Of a stretch of DNA of 64,000 nucleotides, positions 18,810-27,938 are shown piece by piece. This stretch comes from Planctomycetota bacterium (GTDB lineage: Bacteria > Planctomycetota > UBA1135 > UBA2386): positions 97 to 64,096 of the forward strand of contig CBFIIO010000007.1 of NCBI GenBank assembly GCA_965662465.1, read 5' to 3'. The notes under the pieces are model-generated. The model worked only from the letters and a program-made list of their open reading frames with translations. It was not told where the DNA came from and made no database searches. The translations under genes and the position numbers were made by a program. Positions within the stretch are counted from its first letter, which is position 1, and each line of letters begins with the position of its first letter.

Positions 18810-19604
18810 TTGAGTAAGCACAAGATCACTTGGAAATCCCCAGCTCTTGGTGGCAAGGAAATTACTTTCTGTCGCTACGGGGTGTCTGGGACGCCCTTGC
18901 TCCTGTTTCCGACTGCCGGCGGTGATGCAGAAGAGCCCGAGCGTTTTCATTTGATCTCGGCAATTGGCGATTTCCTCGCTGATCTGCGACTGAAGGTCTA
19001 CACCGTCGATTCTGTCGCTGGCCAGGCATGGCTAAAGGACTGTCGGACGCTCGGTGAGGGGGCCAAAGCACAGAATCGTTTTGATGAGTGCTTGGTGCGC
19101 GAAGTTGTGCCTGCCATCCATCGTGATTGCGGTGGCGACGCTGGCTTGATTTGGACTGCTGGCGCGTCGATCGGGGCATTCAATGCATTGTCTTTGTTGT
19201 GCCGCCACCCCGGCTTGTTCCATACCGCGATCTGCATGAGCGGCACCTACAACATGGACAAGTTCTTAGATGGGGCGATGACGCGTGAATACTACAACTC
19301 GTCACCGCTCGACTTCGTGCCAGACTTGCAAGGCAAGCATCTTGAACTGCTTCGAAAGCGCTTCATTTTATTGGCTCATGGTGAAGGTGATCATGAAGAG
19401 CCAGCGCAGAGCTGGAACGTAGAGAAGGTCTTAGGCGCAAAGGGCATCCCGAACCGTGTCGATGGTTGGGGGAGCGAATGGCAGCATGATTGGGTGACCT
19501 GGCGCAAAATGCTGCCGCAGTTCTTGGGCGAGTTCTTGCCCCCTAAGCAAGAAGTCGAGGCTTCAAGCGATGCCGGCGATAGCGACAGCTTGATCGATTC
19601 GTAG
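18810..19604 (+). CDS. Second esterase-family alpha/beta hydrolase (no E-set domain)
   Basis: Motifs 'PLLLFPTAGGD' and GxSxG 'AGASIGAFNALS', with C-terminal 'HDW' His. Apparent TTG start. The acidic tail is 'EVEASSDAGDSDSLIDS'. Confidence 0.65.
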   Translation: MSKHKITWKSPALGGKEITFCRYGVSGTPLLLFPTAGGDAEEPERFHLISAIGDFLADLRLKVYTVDSVAGQAWLKDCRTLGEGAKAQNRFDECLVREVVPAIHRDCGGDAGLIWTAGASIGAFNALSLLCRHPGLFHTAICMSGTYNMDKFLDGAMTREYYNSSPLDFVPDLQGKHLELLRKRFILLAHGEGDHEEPAQSWNVEKVLGAKGIPNRVDGWGSEWQHDWVTWRKMLPQFLGEFLPPKQEVEASSDAGDSDSLIDS

Positions 19605-19750
19605 CGTCGCGAAGCGCTGTTGCTTCGGAGTGATCGAGTCGGCGATCGCGGCGTCGCCGTGCTGACTCATGTTGTCGCCAATCCTATGAGCTGATCTGGG
19701 ATTGGCAGCTTGGCACTATGCCAGCGTCAGGCTGATTGAGGTTGGCTGGG

Positions 19751-21037
19751 TCATTCCCACTGGTGGTTTGCGCCGATGATCACAATCCCCGTGTCGGAAA
19801 CCGTGAAACGTCGCTCGTCTTCTTCGCGATCGAAGCCGATGACCGTGCCTTCGGGCACCTCATTCCACTTGTCGACGATGCAGCGCTTCAGTCGGCAGTT
19901 TTTGCCAATCCGCGCGCCCCGCATGATGATGCACTCATCAAGTTCGGCACGTTCGTCGACGTAGACGAGGTTGCTAAGAACCGAGCGGTTGACGCTGCCG
20001 CCGCTGACGACGACTCCCGGTGCCAGCAATGAGTCGGCGACTTTGGCGCGGCGTCCAGGTTCGTCGCCTTCATCAGGCTCGTTGAACACAGTCTTGGCTG
20101 GTGGGTCGTTGTGCCAGAGTGTGTAGGTCGGCCAGTCCTTTCGATACAGGTTGAGTTGCGGCTTAACGTTGCAGAGGTCCATGTGCGCGTCGAAGTAGGC
20201 TTCGATCGTGCCGACATCACGCCAATACGGCTCCTCTTCACTGCCAAGGCCAGCGAATGAGTGAGCATAGATCGGGACGTCACCGAGCATGCGTGGAATG
20301 ACATGATGGCCGAAGTCGCCACCTTCGCCTTCAGGTAGCTTGCCGTCTTCCTTTAGGCGGCGAACCAGCTCCTCGGACTCGAAAACATAGATCCCCATTG
20401 AGGCAAGGCAGAAGCCTGGTTCGCCTGGGATCTCGGGAGCGTTTTCTTGCGGCTTTTCGACGAAGCCAGTGATCCGCTTGTTTTCGTCGACTTCTAGGAT
20501 TCCAAAGCTTGAAGCTTCTGTGACCGGAATCTTGACGGCCCCGATGGTCAACGCGGCTTTGTGCTCGACATGCTCTCGCAGCATGTCTCGGTAGTCCATC
20601 TGGTAGATGTGGTCACCCGACAAGATGATGACGTTTTTCGGCTTCCAGTCGATGATGCTATCGATGTTGTGATAGATCGCATCTGCTGTGCCGCGATACC
20701 ACTTGCCAACCGATACGTGGTGGGGTGGGCTACAAGTGATCCATTGCTCAAGCCGTCTTGGCAAAAAGCTCCAGCCGAAGCGAATATGTTCTTCTAGGCT
20801 TCGCGCTTGGTATTGGGTCAGCAGATGAATCCGGCGTAGACCCGAATGAATGCAATTGCTGAGCGTGAAGTCGATGATGCGATAGCTGCCCCCAAACGGA
20901 ACGGCCGGTTTGGCACGTTGCTGCGTGAGGGGCGCCAAGCGGCTGCCAGCGCCGCCCGCAAGAATGAAGACGAGGGTGTTCCTGAGGTCTAACGGGACCA
21001 TGCGTGAGGCAGCGGTTGAAGTATCGGCGAGTGACAA
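19751..21037 (-). CDS. glgC: Glucose-1-phosphate adenylyltransferase
   Basis: Motifs 'ILAGGAGSRLAPLTQQRAKPAVPFGGSYRIIDFTLSNCIHSG', 'YRGTADAI' and 'ILSGDHIYQMDY', plus a C-terminal left-handed beta-helix. The start is TTG 21037 or ATG 21001. Confidence 0.92.
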   Translation of the reverse strand: MSLADTSTAASRMVPLDLRNTLVFILAGGAGSRLAPLTQQRAKPAVPFGGSYRIIDFTLSNCIHSGLRRIHLLTQYQARSLEEHIRFGWSFLPRRLEQWITCSPPHHVSVGKWYRGTADAIYHNIDSIIDWKPKNVIILSGDHIYQMDYRDMLREHVEHKAALTIGAVKIPVTEASSFGILEVDENKRITGFVEKPQENAPEIPGEPGFCLASMGIYVFESEELVRRLKEDGKLPEGEGGDFGHHVIPRMLGDVPIYAHSFAGLGSEEEPYWRDVGTIEAYFDAHMDLCNVKPQLNLYRKDWPTYTLWHNDPPAKTVFNEPDEGDEPGRRAKVADSLLAPGVVVSGGSVNRSVLSNLVYVDERAELDECIIMRGARIGKNCRLKRCIVDKWNEVPEGTVIGFDREEDERRFTVSDTGIVIIGANHQWE

Positions 21038-21160
21038 AATAGAAAATACAGGCTGATTGCCCGCGATTATTAGGTTGGTTGCTGATTCCTTGTCTTGAAG
21101 GAGCGTTGATACCAGATCCGTGCCGTTTAGGCTCGGATCTATTCCGCCTCTATCAGCCTC

Positions 21161-23236
21161 ATGTCAGCAGCTTGTTCTTCTGAGTCGTCAGATTCCCAGC
21201 CGGGACCTCGGGGTGTCCCTTCTGATTTGGTCTCGTCTGTCCAGTCGCTCGCTGTTGATTCAGCCGTAGCCCTCGAGCGGGAATGGTTATTGACCGATGG
21301 CCGGGGCGGCTATGGCTGCGGCACCGCAGGCGGTGTTGCGACCCGTCGCTACCACGGTTTGTGGGTTACGCGGACCGATGGCCTCGCCCAGCGACATATG
21401 GTGGTGGCAGGGCTCGACGAGCGTCTGGGGCCGGCGCGGCGTGTTGGTGAGCAAGATCCTCGCTTTGCACATGTTATGTCTGCTCATTGGCTTGAGCAGG
21501 CCCAGCCGACGGCCGGGGACGGCCAGGTTTCTTTTGCCCGGAGGCCCCTGCCGACGTGGACCTTTGAGACAGAATTTGGCGTGATCGAGCGGACCATCAC
21601 GCTGCGTCGTGAGGTTCCCGGGGTCGCCCCAGCATTGCTGGTGCGTTGGCGTAATTGCTCGGACCACCCTGTGCGGCTGGAGGTTCGTCCTTTGCTTGGC
21701 TGGTGCAATGTCGACCATTTGCTCACAGCCGACGACTCATTCGATGAGACCATTCATGCCAGTGGGGCTAGCTGGGGATTTCGGCCGACAGACGAATTAC
21801 CGCACTTGTGGCTGTCGGTGGACGGTGTGTCTGCCTTTCGGAGTGAACCAGTCTGGTACAATGATTTTCTTTACGCCGCCGATCGTTTGCGTGGCTACGA
21901 CCACGTTGGCGACCGCTGGAGTCCTGGCGTCTTGGAGCTAGACTTGCCTGCTGGCAGTGAAGCAACCGCATCATTTGCGCTAGAGGAACCGCTCACGGCT
22001 GCGGCCCAGACATTTGAGCATCTCGAGAGTCAGGCTGACGCCGAATGGCGTGAGGCCTCGCAGCAAGAGCATTTGCTTACCGCGCAGCTTTCGCTCGGGG
22101 CTCGAGATTTCTTCTATCGCTCGGTTGATGGGCGTCTCGGGGTGATCGCTGGCTTTCCATGGTTTGGAGAGTGGGGACGCGATGTGTTCTTGGCGTTGCC
22201 TGGTTTGACTTTGGCGCGTGGTGATATTGCGGTGTGCGCTGAGGTGATGGTTGGTTGCCTGCCGTTTTTGCGGCAAGGGTTACTGCCCAATATCTACAAC
22301 TCAGATGTCTCAAGTAGTGATTATGGCAGTTGCGATGCAGCGCTGTGGTTTGCGCTGTGCGTCATGAGATTTGCCGATGCTGGCCATGATCCCGAATTAG
22401 TGCAGCAAAAGTTTTTGCCGGCGTTGCGCAGCATTGTTGAGGCATATGAAGGCGGCACTGATCTCGGTTTGAAGGTTGCGGAAGATGGCTTGCTGCAAGC
22501 TGGTAGTGAACATCTAAACGCAACGTGGATGGATGCTCGTACTTCGGACGGTCCAGTCACACCGCGCGAGGGATTGCCGGTTGAGATTCAGGCCCTTTGG
22601 TATGCGCTACTAACGTATCTGGCGGAGCAATTCCCCGAGTCCAGCTACCAAGCAATGCGCGCTCGTTGCGGCAAAGCATTCGTCAAGCAGTTCTGGCTTG
22701 TTGAATCGAAGTCATTGGCAGATCGAGTTCATGCCGGGGTGGCAGATACCTCAGTGCGGCCAAATATGCTGGTTGCTGCGGCGCTGTCGCGCTCGCCGCT
22801 GACTGCGGCGCAACGCCAAGCAGTCGTCAAGGTTGTGAAGGCACATCTGGTCACGCCATGCGGGCTACGAACTCTTAGTCCCGAAGCAGGCGACTACATT
22901 GGCGTTTACGGCGGCGGTATCGATGGTCGAGACAAGGCTTATCATCAAGGAACAGTTTGGCCGTGGCCGGCGGGTTTCTATGTCGAGGCGGCGCTTCGTG
23001 CGGCGCCCAAAAGGTCCCGTAAACGAGAAGCAAAAGCCCTGCTGCAATGGCTTGATGAGTTGCTGCAATCTGAATTGCCGAGAGCCGGTCTTGACCACGT
23101 CAGCGAAGTGTTTGACGGCGACTTACCGCATCGCCCAGGCGGAACGTTTGCACAGGCTTGGAATACTGGCGAGTTGCTACGCGCCCATGCGCTATGCCAA
23201 CAGGTAATCGATGGCACAAATATGGAGCTCCAGTGA
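21161..23236 (+). CDS. Glycogen debranching enzyme (archaeal-type GDE / amylo-alpha-1,6-glucosidase family)
   Basis: N-terminal 'REWLLTDGRGGYGCGTAGGVATRRYHGL' and (alpha/alpha)6 barrel motifs 'GFPWFGEWGRDVF', 'NATWMD' and 'VEIQALWY'. C-terminal 'AYHQGTVWPWPAGFY' and 'SEVFDGD.P..P.G..AQAWNTGELLR'. Confidence 0.88.
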   Translation: MSAACSSESSDSQPGPRGVPSDLVSSVQSLAVDSAVALEREWLLTDGRGGYGCGTAGGVATRRYHGLWVTRTDGLAQRHMVVAGLDERLGPARRVGEQDPRFAHVMSAHWLEQAQPTAGDGQVSFARRPLPTWTFETEFGVIERTITLRREVPGVAPALLVRWRNCSDHPVRLEVRPLLGWCNVDHLLTADDSFDETIHASGASWGFRPTDELPHLWLSVDGVSAFRSEPVWYNDFLYAADRLRGYDHVGDRWSPGVLELDLPAGSEATASFALEEPLTAAAQTFEHLESQADAEWREASQQEHLLTAQLSLGARDFFYRSVDGRLGVIAGFPWFGEWGRDVFLALPGLTLARGDIAVCAEVMVGCLPFLRQGLLPNIYNSDVSSSDYGSCDAALWFALCVMRFADAGHDPELVQQKFLPALRSIVEAYEGGTDLGLKVAEDGLLQAGSEHLNATWMDARTSDGPVTPREGLPVEIQALWYALLTYLAEQFPESSYQAMRARCGKAFVKQFWLVESKSLADRVHAGVADTSVRPNMLVAAALSRSPLTAAQRQAVVKVVKAHLVTPCGLRTLSPEAGDYIGVYGGGIDGRDKAYHQGTVWPWPAGFYVEAALRAAPKRSRKREAKALLQWLDELLQSELPRAGLDHVSEVFDGDLPHRPGGTFAQAWNTGELLRAHALCQQVIDGTNMELQ

Positions 23237-24573
23237 TTGACGTCGTCTTTTATTTCCAGGTGCACCAGCCCTACCGGCTAAAGAAGTTGCAGCCTCAGGA
23301 CCCGGTGCGTCGTTTGGATTATTGGGACACCCCGCTCAATAGAATGGTTGCGGAGCGCGTTGCCGAGCGATGCTACATTCCAATGAATAAGTTGCTGCTT
23401 GATGCTATCGAGCGCACAGATGGCCAGTTTCGTTGCTCATTCTCGCTGTCGGGCACGGTCATCAGGCAGCTCCGGGATTGGGTTCCTGAAGCCCTCGATA
23501 CGTTTGTAGCACTTGCAGAAACCGGCAATGTCGAGTTCTTGTGCGAAACGAGTCAGCATGGGCTTGCTGCGATCGGCAACTTCGAGGAGTTTGCAGATCA
23601 GGTAGCGATCCAAAAAAAGACTGTCACCGATCTATTTGGTAAGCCGACGTCGTTTCGTAACACCGAGCTGATCATGGACAATGGCATCTGCCAGAAAGTC
23701 GAAGAGCTTGGTTTCGATTGCATGCTTGGTGAAGGGGCCGATCGCTTGCTGGAATGGCGTAGCCCCCAGGTGCCATATCGTCCAAAAGGTTGTGAGCGTC
23801 TGAAGCTACTGCTTCGCAGCTTCTCATTGTCTGACGACATTGCGTTTCGATTCTCGAATCCTGATTGGCCTAGCTACCCGTTGTTTGCGGATACTTTTGC
23901 TGATTGGCTCCACAGCGTGCCTTCACCGGCCCAGTTTGTTGGGCTGTTCATGGACTATGAGACCTTCGGTGAGCATCAGAATGCGCAGACTGGCATCTTT
24001 GATTTCATGGAGCACTTGCCAGAGCGTGTGCTCGAAGACAGTAGCTTCAGGTTTCGCACCCCAGCGCAGGTTTGTTCTGAGCGTGAAGCGGTGCACGACC
24101 TCGACATAAGCTCACCTATCTCATGGGCTGATGAGGCTCGCGATCTCTCGGCTTGGTTGGGAAATCCGATGCAGAGATCTGTTCACCAACAGCTCTATGC
24201 GATGCGTGAAGACGTGTTTCGTGCTAGCAAGGCCCGCCCTGAGTTGCTGGCTACGTGGCGTGAATTGACGACTTCCGATCACGTCTACTACATTGCTACT
24301 GCGAACCACAGCGATGGCGAGGTCCACGATTACTTCAGTCCCTACGATCATCCTCATGCAGCGTTTGTCACGGTCATGACGGCAATCGAAGGGTTGCGTG
24401 CTGAGATCCAAAAGTGTCTCGCAAGTTCTGAGTCTAAGGTCGTCGAGGTTGTGCCGGCTGCTCGTCAGGCGGCCGCCGATGCGGTGGACTCGCCCCGTGC
24501 CAAATCAACCAAGCGGAAGCCATCCCCGAAGGTCGCGCCGAAGACGAAGTCTCCAGGTCGGCGCAAGAAGTAA
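23233..24573 (+). CDS. Glycoside hydrolase family 57 alpha-glucan enzyme with Lys/Pro-rich basic C-terminal tail
   Basis: Begins 'VIDVVFYFQVHQPYRL' (GH57 HQP motif), followed by 'MDYETFGEH'. GTG start overlaps the upstream stop (GTGA). The tail is 'SPRAKSTKRKPSPKVAPKTKSPGRRKK'. Confidence 0.85.
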   Translation: MIDVVFYFQVHQPYRLKKLQPQDPVRRLDYWDTPLNRMVAERVAERCYIPMNKLLLDAIERTDGQFRCSFSLSGTVIRQLRDWVPEALDTFVALAETGNVEFLCETSQHGLAAIGNFEEFADQVAIQKKTVTDLFGKPTSFRNTELIMDNGICQKVEELGFDCMLGEGADRLLEWRSPQVPYRPKGCERLKLLLRSFSLSDDIAFRFSNPDWPSYPLFADTFADWLHSVPSPAQFVGLFMDYETFGEHQNAQTGIFDFMEHLPERVLEDSSFRFRTPAQVCSEREAVHDLDISSPISWADEARDLSAWLGNPMQRSVHQQLYAMREDVFRASKARPELLATWRELTTSDHVYYIATANHSDGEVHDYFSPYDHPHAAFVTVMTAIEGLRAEIQKCLASSESKVVEVVPAARQAAADAVDSPRAKSTKRKPSPKVAPKTKSPGRRKK

Positions 24574-24770
24574 TGAGGACGGGACGTTCGTCCCAGCTGT
24601 TCAGAATCAGTTGGTAAGTGTGCAGCGCGGTCGCCGCGCATCGGTCTTGGACGAACCTCCGCATATCGCGATGTCGTTACGCGGTGCACCCTAGTGCTCT
24701 GGGCCTAGCCAGTCAGGTGCTTCAGAGGTCAAGATGACTAGCATCATAGGGCTGCATTTGACGGCGAATG

Positions 24771-25379
24771 CTAATTGATGCGCAGGTCTAGCGTTTGCAG
24801 TGCGCGCATTGGTTCGGTTGCCTTGTTACTTGATAGCACCTGGACAATCATTCGATCATGTTGGGTGTCTTCGATGTAACCCTTCTTGTCTAGTTGGGTC
24901 ATAGAGCCGCCAAGTTCCTTGACCATTTGTGGCACCGTATTCGAGTGCCCGACGACAACAACAACCTCGCCATTTTTCAGTTCTTTGAGAGTGGCGGCAA
25001 ACTCTTTGGACCTACCGGCTGCGTATTGCTCGACATCGAGTTCTAACAACTTGGCTAAGGGGGCTGCGGTTTGTTGGGTGCGCTTCAGTTCCGTGGCAAA
25101 TATTCGTGTGACGCCGGCTGCTCGCAGAGTTCTGGCTTCTAATGCTGCGCGAGCTTGGCCAGTTTTTGCAAGAACCGGGTTTTGGTTCGCTCGTGTCCGA
25201 GGCAATGCTTCTGCGTGTCGAAGAAAGATCACTGTGGCTGTTCTGGTGGTCTGAGTTTCTGCTGCGCCTTGATGGACGTGGGGCGATTTCGCTGTATCAA
25301 CAGCCAAATCCGAAGTCATGGCCACCAGGCCAGCGGCGATTGGCATCCATCCAGTGAGAACAAGTGCTATTAGCTTCAT
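24771..25379 (-). CDS. Secreted histidine phosphatase superfamily protein (SixA/PGAM branch)
   Basis: Signal peptide 'MKLIALVLTGWMPIAAGLVA'. Motifs 'VIFLRHAEA' (RHx catalytic motif) and 'VVVVGHSNTV'. The longer ORF from 25445 would overlap the divergent SDR gene. Confidence 0.75.
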   Translation of the reverse strand: MKLIALVLTGWMPIAAGLVAMTSDLAVDTAKSPHVHQGAAETQTTRTATVIFLRHAEALPRTRANQNPVLAKTGQARAALEARTLRAAGVTRIFATELKRTQQTAAPLAKLLELDVEQYAAGRSKEFAATLKELKNGEVVVVVGHSNTVPQMVKELGGSMTQLDKKGYIEDTQHDRMIVQVLSSNKATEPMRALQTLDLRIN

Positions 25380-25439
25380 GTCTAGGAAGCTAACCGAAAC
25401 GGAGGCGCTGGCGGTGGGTGTTGGTAGTAGCTTGCTCAT

Positions 25440-26183
25440 ATGCAACGAAAGACATTGATCCTGGGTGCTACCTCAGCAATTGCTGCCGAAGTTGCCCAGA
25501 TCTGCGCTGCCCGCGGTGATCGACTGTTTCTGGTTGGTCGCGATCCTCAAAAATTGCAGCAGTTGGTGGCTGTTCTCGGGGATGCAGTCGTTGGGTATGA
25601 GAGTTGTGATTTGAATGATTTCGAGCAGGCGGAGAAGCGTGTGGCGCACTGGCTGGGTCTCCTAGGGGGTGTTGATCGTGCTTTGATCGCGCACGGTTAC
25701 CTGGGGGATCAGCAACGTAGCGAGCGTGACTTTGCGTATGCGCAAAAGGTCATCGGCACGAACTTTGTGAGTGCGGTGTCGCTGTTGATGCCGCTGGCGA
25801 GCTTCTTCGAAGCGCAGGGCCACGGGCATCTGGCCGCAATCACTTCAGTTGCTGGCGAGCGCGGTCGCCCGCGCAACTACACGTATGGGGCGTCGAAGAG
25901 CGGCCTTACTTGCTATCTCGAAGGGTTACGTAGCCGCCTACACCGAGCTGGTGTGAGGGTGCACAATTTGAAATTGGGGCCGGTTGCGACGCCGATGTCT
26001 GCTGGTCATCCCCAAAACTTTCTTTGGGGCAAGAAGCGTCCGGTCGCCCGCGGGATTGTTCGTGCGATGGAGCGTCGTTGGCATACCAGCTACTTGCCGC
26101 GCTCTTGGACCGTAGTCATGAGCATTGTGCGCTTGCTGCCGGAGTTCGTTTTCCAGCGCTTTGGTTTTCTGGCTGGACGCTAA
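25440..26183 (+). CDS. Short-chain dehydrogenase/reductase (SDR)
   Basis: Rossmann motif 'LILGATSAIAAEVA' and catalytic 'YGASKSGL' (YxxxK). Confidence 0.85.
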   Translation: MQRKTLILGATSAIAAEVAQICAARGDRLFLVGRDPQKLQQLVAVLGDAVVGYESCDLNDFEQAEKRVAHWLGLLGGVDRALIAHGYLGDQQRSERDFAYAQKVIGTNFVSAVSLLMPLASFFEAQGHGHLAAITSVAGERGRPRNYTYGASKSGLTCYLEGLRSRLHRAGVRVHNLKLGPVATPMSAGHPQNFLWGKKRPVARGIVRAMERRWHTSYLPRSWTVVMSIVRLLPEFVFQRFGFLAGR

Positions 26184-26270
26184 TGATCGCGAACCATTGC
26201 AGCTTGCGTCGCAGCAAGCGCATCATGGTCGCCAATTGCTAGGTGGCTGGTGACGCGGCTGAGGGGGCAC

Positions 26271-27089
26271 TCACCGCCCGAGTGGATAGTCCGATGCGAC
26301 TGTTAGGGTCTTGCTGACCCGGTAGCTTTTGTTGTGCGGAAACAGTTCATAGATTCGGAAGGACTCGCCGCGCTTGGCGCGCATCCAGAACTTTAGCTCG
26401 CCAGTCAGGCTTTGGGTCGCGACCTGCTCTTTGCCACCAGCATCGATTTTGGTCATCAGGTAGATCTTAGTTGCCTTGCTTACGTCAGCCGAACTGTCGG
26501 TCTTTGGCGTAAATGTGAACTTGTGAGGCTTGTCGTATGCCTCGAACATGGTCTTTGGCGTGAACTGTTGCGGCTTGGTGATGACGAGGTTCGCATCCTT
26601 GCGAGGTTTCCATGCTTTGCCTGGAAACTCACGTTGCGGGTACTGGACAAAGTCTTCCAGAAGTTTGAGGTAGCTCTGCGCTTTTGTTCGGCATACGTAG
26701 ACGACGAAGCGGTCACCGATCTTACGCGCAGGTAGCTCGATGGCTTTGCCCAAGCTTTGGCCTAGCACCTTCCCATCCAAATCCGTGATAACGGTTGCAT
26801 CAAAATCTTTCGGCCTGGTCAGCCGTAGCTTTGCGACGCCCTTCTCTGAAAGTTTCGTTGTCAGCTGGTAGTTGAGCTTGGCCCGCTGCTTGGGCTTTAA
26901 GGCAATGGCTTTCCAGCTTTCGCCTGGGAAGGCTGTCGCTGGTTTGTCTTGGCCGACGATCGCCGGTGTCATTGCGCAAAGCATCAGGGCTTGGATAAGC
27001 CGGTTCGAGATTCGGTGTTGCATGGCTTTGCGGATGGCTAGTAAGCGCACTCTCATCATAGGCCAAATGTAGTTGGGGGACGCTTGCAT
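26271..27089 (-). CDS. Hypothetical secreted protein
   Basis: Long ORF with coding-like composition and N-terminal hydrophobic segment 'LIQALMLCAMTPAIVGQ'. No recognisable motif. The start is uncertain (27089, 27059 or 27023). Confidence 0.5.
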   Translation of the reverse strand: MQASPNYIWPMMRVRLLAIRKAMQHRISNRLIQALMLCAMTPAIVGQDKPATAFPGESWKAIALKPKQRAKLNYQLTTKLSEKGVAKLRLTRPKDFDATVITDLDGKVLGQSLGKAIELPARKIGDRFVVYVCRTKAQSYLKLLEDFVQYPQREFPGKAWKPRKDANLVITKPQQFTPKTMFEAYDKPHKFTFTPKTDSSADVSKATKIYLMTKIDAGGKEQVATQSLTGELKFWMRAKRGESFRIYELFPHNKSYRVSKTLTVASDYPLGR

Positions 27090-27164
27090 CGTAGATAAGC
27101 CTTTAGCGCATGCATCCTATCGCTGGTTGCAAGGATCGTGTGGTTCAGCTCCTTAGAGCACCTT

Positions 27165-27884
27165 TTACTCAGCTTCGCGATCCGGCAACTCCGGCTGCGC
27201 TGTCAATATTGCGTTGATTGCGGTTTGCAGTGGACAGTTGCGGAGATCGCTGGCCCGTCCAGCACGATATTCATCCAGTAGCTCTCTCGAACGCTCTGCC
27301 AGCATTCGTCGAGTCTCCCGGCGCCGCCCCTTTACGCGTGCGATGTGCATGTTGTCGTAGGCGGTTGTGTGGTGTCTGAGCCAAGCGATCACAGCGGATT
27401 CCGCGCGACGCGCTACGGGAATACGCTCTGTTCGGGCTACGGTGCCGCTGCCGACAGGAGTTGCGTGCTCGGTGACCAGGCGTGCGAACTGCGTAGCAAG
27501 TTCGTGATACTGCAGAGGAAAGTCGAGGAACTTGCGTACAGCGTCGCCAAACTCGTCAACGTATTGCGACTGCGCTTTGTCACGCCGTGTCGCGGCTGCC
27601 GCTTGTTTTTTGGCGTAGGCCGGGGCCGAACGTTCTTTTTCGAGGTCGGCGCGGATTCGCTCTACTCTGGCTTCGTCAGCCCAGATGCCGCGAGAAAACA
27701 CGCGGCGGCCACGCTTCTCTTGCACGACATAGCATGCGCCACCAGTCTTGATGCGGCGTGTGAGTCCTGGGTCGCCAGGCGGAACTAAAATCCAGCCTTT
27801 TGGGATCTCCTGGCGGCCAATGCCCGGAATGCGAACGGTGTAATCGTTGAGACCAGGGGCGACGATAATGGGCGATTCAGGCAT
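27165..27884 (-). CDS. Hypothetical basic protein, possibly DUF2293-like
   Basis: The C-terminal half 'AVIAWLRHHTTAYDNMHIARVKGRRRETRRML' resembles my recollection of the DUF2293 signature (RH.xT.YD). This was not verified by a search. Confidence 0.45.
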   Translation of the reverse strand: MPESPIIVAPGLNDYTVRIPGIGRQEIPKGWILVPPGDPGLTRRIKTGGACYVVQEKRGRRVFSRGIWADEARVERIRADLEKERSAPAYAKKQAAAATRRDKAQSQYVDEFGDAVRKFLDFPLQYHELATQFARLVTEHATPVGSGTVARTERIPVARRAESAVIAWLRHHTTAYDNMHIARVKGRRRETRRMLAERSRELLDEYRAGRASDLRNCPLQTAINAILTAQPELPDREAE

Positions 27885-27938
27885 GCGTCACCTGACAACA
27901 CTACGCGAGCAAAGCTTCGGAATCGAACCCTGCTGCGA

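Noticed and set aside
24581-24594. Short hairpin GGGAC-GTTC-GTCCC right after the GH57 stop, considered as a terminator.
   Set aside because: The stem is only 5 bp and there is no following U-tract, so it is too weak to call.
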